Part shown: one piece after another, positions 60,169-64,000 of the stretch
Layout of the letters: each line of letters opens with the position of its first letter
Numbering within the stretch: position 1 is the stretch's first letter
Assembly (NCBI GenBank): GCA_002316315.1
Contig: DCDG01000037.1
Location: 21,967-85,966, forward strand
Length of the DNA stretch: 64,000 bases
Origin: Candidatus Aminicenantes bacterium UBA1061
GTDB taxonomy: Bacteria; Acidobacteriota; Aminicenantia; Aminicenantales; Saccharicenantaceae
Direction: 5' to 3'
The notes under the pieces: generated by a model
Database searches by the model: none
Told to the model about the DNA's origin: nothing
The model's input: only the letters and a program-made list of their open reading frames with translations
Translations under genes and position numbers: made by a program

Positions 60169-61287
60169 TCATCTCAGCCTGTACTTATAGACCGTATAGA
60201 TGCCCTCCGTGCCGATTGACTCTTCAGAAAGGCAATAAAGAGTTTTTTTATCCCTGTCATAATAGATATCAGGCCGCTCATAAGTACTGCTGAAATTTTC
60301 TAAAAGGGCTTCTTTCAAAAATGTCCCCTTATGATCGTACATCTGGAGAAAAGAGTTCCACCTTGAAGTTTTATTGTCAAAATTAGTATAAATAACCCCC
60401 ACTATATCTGAATCAGCAAAGATCTTACAAATCCAGGACATCTTTTTGTGCCAGTTTCTGTACTCTTCCAGATTACGTTCAATATAGGCTTTTTTATATT
60501 CACCATAGACTTTTGGCTGGATGTATCTTTCAGTTTTCTGAGAAAACCTGGTGTGGACCTTAGTGGTCAGGTCTATTTTGATGATATCCAGGTTAGCTGT
60601 CCAGATAAAATAAGCATCATTCCCGTAATAATCACAATAGATCCAGGGTGGTAAGATTATCAGGTCAGGAATATCCCGGGGATTTCCTTGGCTATTAATT
60701 TTTTTAAAGTCAATTGGTTTTACACCTTCTCCCAGCTGCAATTCATAAGGCAGAAGATAATCACGGCTGCCATTGGTCATATCTATAGCAAAAAGGATGT
60801 AAGCTTTGTCAGCATTTTTATCGGTGATAGGCAACCTGGCAATTAATACCTTATCTTTTTCGTCGATCAGTCTTGCCCCCAGAACAGAAGTTACAATAGT
60901 CTCCTTAATCTGCTTGAAATTTAAGTCCTTATCAATATTATAAATAAACAATTTTTTTGTCCCCATATCCGAGATCAGCAATTTCCCATTTTTATAGTCT
61001 TGAAGCCACGGTTCTACAAAGTCACCAGGTCCGTATCCTTTCCGGCCAAAAACGCGGGCGGCCTGGCCTTCAGCATCAAAGATCTTAAAATCGCCGGCCC
61101 GGCCATCAGAGATGATAACAAAGCCCTTTTCTGTCACCACAAAACCTCTGGGAAAATCAATAAAGAAGCCTTCCCTCTGCTCAAGCCGGGTTTTCCCTTC
61201 GTAGATTATATCTATAGCTGCTAATGATTCTGCAGTAAATAAAACAAAAAAGAATACGCCTAAAACGGACCTTTTTATTTTATTCAT
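60169..61287 (-). CDS. 6-bladed beta-propeller family secreted protein (paralog B)
   Basis: Signal peptide (…FTAESLAA). Homologous blades to 52845..53984. Its start ATG overlaps the stop of an upstream small ORF (ATGA). Confidence 0.55.
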   Translation of the reverse strand: MNKIKRSVLGVFFFVLFTAESLAAIDIIYEGKTRLEQREGFFIDFPRGFVVTEKGFVIISDGRAGDFKIFDAEGQAARVFGRKGYGPGDFVEPWLQDYKNGKLLISDMGTKKLFIYNIDKDLNFKQIKETIVTSVLGARLIDEKDKVLIARLPITDKNADKAYILFAIDMTNGSRDYLLPYELQLGEGVKPIDFKKINSQGNPRDIPDLIILPPWIYCDYYGNDAYFIWTANLDIIKIDLTTKVHTRFSQKTERYIQPKVYGEYKKAYIERNLEEYRNWHKKMSWICKIFADSDIVGVIYTNFDNKTSRWNSFLQMYDHKGTFLKEALLENFSSTYERPDIYYDRDKKTLYCLSEESIGTEGIYTVYKYRLR

Positions 61288-61347
61288 GCGAATTTAGTAG
61301 ATAGAACAGACTCTATAATCTTTTTTTGCCTTGTTTTAATTGAATCA

Positions 61348-61539
61348 TTAACAGCAGTCTCCTGAGTGAGTGTCACGACACCAGCATAAACTAAGATCAC
61401 ATTCATAGCGTCTATATCCCCGTGCTTTACATAGTGGATCATCGAAGTACATCCCTTTAACTTCTGGCATATTGGCTCTAGCCTTAATAGCAAAGTTCGG
61501 AACGGCAATAAAACAGGAAATAACCACGCACAAAACCAT
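61348..61539 (-). CDS. Small secreted Cys-rich peptide (signal peptide plus a 6-Cys C-terminal region), hypothetical; alternative frame 61284..61550
   Basis: ATG-initiated 63 aa: MVLCVVISCFIAVPNFAIKA | RANMPEVKGMYFDDPLCKARGYRRYECDLSLCWCRDTHSGDCC. The overlapping 88-aa frame (TTG start at 61550) has an ATGA stop/start overlap with the propeller gene instead. Only one of the two is likely real. Confidence 0.3.
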   Translation of the reverse strand: MVLCVVISCFIAVPNFAIKARANMPEVKGMYFDDPLCKARGYRRYECDLSLCWCRDTHSGDCC

Positions 61540-61887
61540 AATCCAGACAAGACTCTTTTTCCTTATTTCTTTTCCTGCTTAATTATAAAAATTATATTTA
61601 AATTTTTCCATTTTTGGCGATATCACGTCTGACTGCTTATTTTTAACCATTGGCATTTTTTTGCTTCAGCTGGCCTTTTTCATTTGCCTCCTTTGTTAGG
61701 ATAAAAAAAAAGACCTTTGTCAAGTATTTTTTTAACTCAATGAATGGGCTTATGATCCCAGGAAAAGATTTATATAACCGGAGGCTGTTTCTCCCTCTTG
61801 CCTTCGCCAGAGGAAGAAGCCGAATAGACAGGCTTCTCAACAACTTTCATTTTTTACCCCTATTACCCTTCTATCCCCTTGCCTCTT

Positions 61888-63303
61888 CTAAAATATCTTC
61901 CCGGGGTTGAGAATGCCCAGAGGATCAGCAGCCTGCTTGATTTTCTTCATCAGTTCAATCTGGCCTGCCTCCATGGTCAAAGGGAAATAAGTCTTTTTGT
62001 AAAGGCCAATGCCATGCTCGCCCGAAATAACCCCGCCTCGCCCGGCTGCATCCTGAAACAGCTCCTGCCTGGCCATTTCCAGTTTGTCTTTTACTTCCTC
62101 AACATTAATCGGCACCATCTGGCCATTTTCATACCTCGCCTTCATCAGATGAGTATGGACATTGCCATCGCCGGCATGCCCGAAAACCGGCAGCCATAAT
62201 CCGTATTTTTGAGCTACTTCGTGAATCTTCTTCACATGCCCGGCTATTTCTGAACGTGGTACACAGGTATCCAGGATATCAATGGTCTCTTTTTTTATCG
62301 CTTCATAAATCTCAGACCGGATTTTCAGGACTTCATCCTGTTTGGCCGCCGTATCGGCCACAAAAACATCCAGGGCCCCATTTTCGAGCACAATATCAGC
62401 AATTTCGTCTGTTAGCTTCCCCAGGTTTTCTTCTGAAGCTGCATCAACAATAATCATAAGATGCATGTCTCCTGAATGAGTTGGCCAGTTCAAATTAAGA
62501 TGTCGTTCACTGAGGCTGATCACATCCAGGCCAGCAAATTCGACCGCCATGGGCAGAATACCCCTATCAAAAATGAGCGGCACATTATCTATAGCCTGCT
62601 CGATGCCATTAAAAGGGATAACCATTGTCCGTAGAAAAGTCGGCCGACTCATCACCTGAACAATGGCTCTGGTGATAACGCCGAGTGTGCCCTCAGAGCC
62701 AATAAACAAATTCACCAGGTTATAACCAGACGAATTTTTGATAAGCTTGCCGCCGGGATGGATGACCTGCCCATCGGCCAGGACGACTTCCAGCCCCCTG
62801 ACATAATTACGTATTCCGCCGTATTTTACCGCCCGGCTGCCGCCAGCGTTGGTGGCAATCATCCCGCCAAACATCGCTCCTTCATCTCCGGGATGAGGGG
62901 GAAAATAAAATCCCTGCGCTTCCACCTGCCGAATAAATTCGCCCAGTGTTAGCCCGCTCTCTACCACCGCTACCTGATTTTTCCGGTCAAGCTCCAGGAA
63001 CTTATTCATCCTCTGGAAGCTCAACACCACGCCTCCATAAATCGGCACACAGCCCCCGGCCAGGCCGGTTCCACCACCGCGCGGCGTGACAGGCAGTTGG
63101 TACTCACTGGCCAGCTTTAAAATGGCCGAGACGTCTTCTACCTTCCCCGGCCTGACCACCGCTTCGGGCTGGCAGCCCTCCTGGCGGCAGACATACTCAT
63201 CGTTAGCATAGACGCCGACTTCCTCCAGGCAAGTAATCACATTATTTTCGCCGACTATTGATTTCAGCTGACCGATGATTTCCTCGTTGATTTTCCCATA
63301 CAT
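61888..63303 (-). CDS. FAD-linked oxidase (GlcD / D-lactate dehydrogenase family)
   Basis: FAD-binding PCMH domain motifs (PRGGGTGLAGG, GSEGTLGVIT). Length 471 aa. Confidence 0.8.
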   Translation of the reverse strand: MYGKINEEIIGQLKSIVGENNVITCLEEVGVYANDEYVCRQEGCQPEAVVRPGKVEDVSAILKLASEYQLPVTPRGGGTGLAGGCVPIYGGVVLSFQRMNKFLELDRKNQVAVVESGLTLGEFIRQVEAQGFYFPPHPGDEGAMFGGMIATNAGGSRAVKYGGIRNYVRGLEVVLADGQVIHPGGKLIKNSSGYNLVNLFIGSEGTLGVITRAIVQVMSRPTFLRTMVIPFNGIEQAIDNVPLIFDRGILPMAVEFAGLDVISLSERHLNLNWPTHSGDMHLMIIVDAASEENLGKLTDEIADIVLENGALDVFVADTAAKQDEVLKIRSEIYEAIKKETIDILDTCVPRSEIAGHVKKIHEVAQKYGLWLPVFGHAGDGNVHTHLMKARYENGQMVPINVEEVKDKLEMARQELFQDAAGRGGVISGEHGIGLYKKTYFPLTMEAGQIELMKKIKQAADPLGILNPGKIF

Positions 63304-63468
63304 GGCTGACCTGCCTTTTAAACAATAAAATAATTGCTTCAGACAGCAGTCGGATATACCGCTATTCTACACTTTTCAGATTCAGACCGGATAGCTTTTT
63401 CTAATCTTTACTATTCCTATCCAAATTATATTCTTTCGGCTGAGTCCGGTCATCTGCCGCTTCGGAGT

Positions 63469-64000
63469 TCAGGTTAACAAAGACTTGGCTGCTGCGGCTA
63501 TAGCCTCAGCATCTATTCCATATTTAGCCATGAGTTCTTCCGGGCGTCCCGAACGAGGCAGCTCCCTTATACACAGATGCTTCCAGAGCTTTTTCTCAGG
63601 CAGGATGAGAGCCACGGCTGTGCCCAACCCGCCCTGTTCGAAATGATCTTCAGCCACCACCACCCGACCGCCTGTCTCACGGGCTGATTTGACAATGGTC
63701 TCTCCATCAAGAGGTTTAACCGAGTAAGCATCTATGACTCTTATCCTTATTCCTTCTTTTTCGAGAAATTCAGCTGCCCGGAGTGCTTCATGAACGGTAA
63801 TGCCAGCGGCGATTACTGTGACTGCATCATGATCACTTTTCTTTACCACCTTTGATCCGCCAACCGGGAATTCCTCCTCGGGTGCATACAGAATCGGCGT
63901 GGCTGGCCTGGTTGTCCGGATATAGACCATTCCTTTTTGCCTGGCTGCTTCCTGAACGCATTTTTCGGTTGAAACACCATCGGAAGGATAAAGCACAGTG
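63469..64000 (-). CDS. Transketolase C-terminal section (pyrimidine-binding plus C-terminal domains), N-terminally truncated by the window edge
   Basis: ...IRVIDAYSVKPLDGETIV...VVVAEDHFEQGGLG... is the typical transketolase/DXS C-terminal domain. The frame stays open to the window end, and the Met at 63996 is probably internal. Confidence 0.7.
   Translation of the reverse strand, partial: TVLYPSDGVSTEKCVQEAARQKGMVYIRTTRPATPILYAPEEEFPVGGSKVVKKSDHDAVTVIAAGITVHEALRAAEFLEKEGIRIRVIDAYSVKPLDGETIVKSARETGGRVVVAEDHFEQGGLGTAVALILPEKKLWKHLCIRELPRSGRPEELMAKYGIDAEAIAAAAKSLLT

Noticed and set aside
61284-61550. 88-aa ORF called as the sole upstream gene of the propeller
   Set aside because: It uses a TTG start and overlaps an ATG-initiated Cys-rich 63-aa frame. 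I cannot decide between them from sequence alone, so both are reported and neither is asserted.

Overview
This is a 64-kb bacterial chromosomal window of moderate GC, densely coding with about 55 genes, mostly on the minus strand. Calls are from the six-frame ORF track, motifs I can recognise by eye, and manual re-translation of a few regions; no database search was possible. Two loci stand out for novelty: a Cyc2-like fused cytochrome-porin paired with a pentaheme cytochrome (48937..51508), and a beta-propeller gene preceded by a small Cys-rich secreted peptide (60169..61550).

Housekeeping content: a complete phosphate uptake operon pstS-pstC-pstA-pstB-pstB-phoU with two tandem pstB copies (11100..16253); rarA; an ABC-F ATPase; tRNA-Pro(GGG) directly upstream of surE; a BtuR/CobO corrinoid adenosyltransferase; catabolic threonine dehydratase; acylphosphatase; a class V aminotransferase; an amidohydrolase; a DapA-family lyase; an FAD-linked oxidase; and a transketolase C-terminal fragment at the right edge. 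A long Bacillus-type SRP RNA sits on the minus strand in a 1.1-kb region the ORF track leaves empty (about 54690..54967), read off by comparison with the B. subtilis scRNA sequence as I recall it.

Accessory-looking content is dominated by secreted or envelope hydrolases: S46 dipeptidyl-peptidase, secreted S51 cyanophycinase, M14 carboxypeptidase, penicillin/AHL-acylase-family Ntn hydrolase, SDH/ClpP-like protease, two small HExxH metallopeptidases, an esterase, and a deacetylase-propeller fusion. The most unusual locus is 48937..51508 (minus strand). It holds a 456-aa pentaheme c-type cytochrome immediately followed by a 392-aa protein with a signal peptide, a single CxxCH right after the signal, and a beta-barrel-like body ending in Phe. 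That architecture is a Cyc2-like fused cytochrome-porin, so the pair looks like an outer-membrane extracellular electron transfer (metal oxidation or reduction) module. A second oddity is two paralogous 6-bladed-beta-propeller-like secreted proteins (52845..53984, 60169..61287); the second is preceded by a small signal-peptide-bearing Cys-rich ORF. A 1301-aa multi-domain sensor histidine kinase (31293..35198) has no response regulator in the window. No transposases, integrases, CRISPR arrays or prophage genes were seen.
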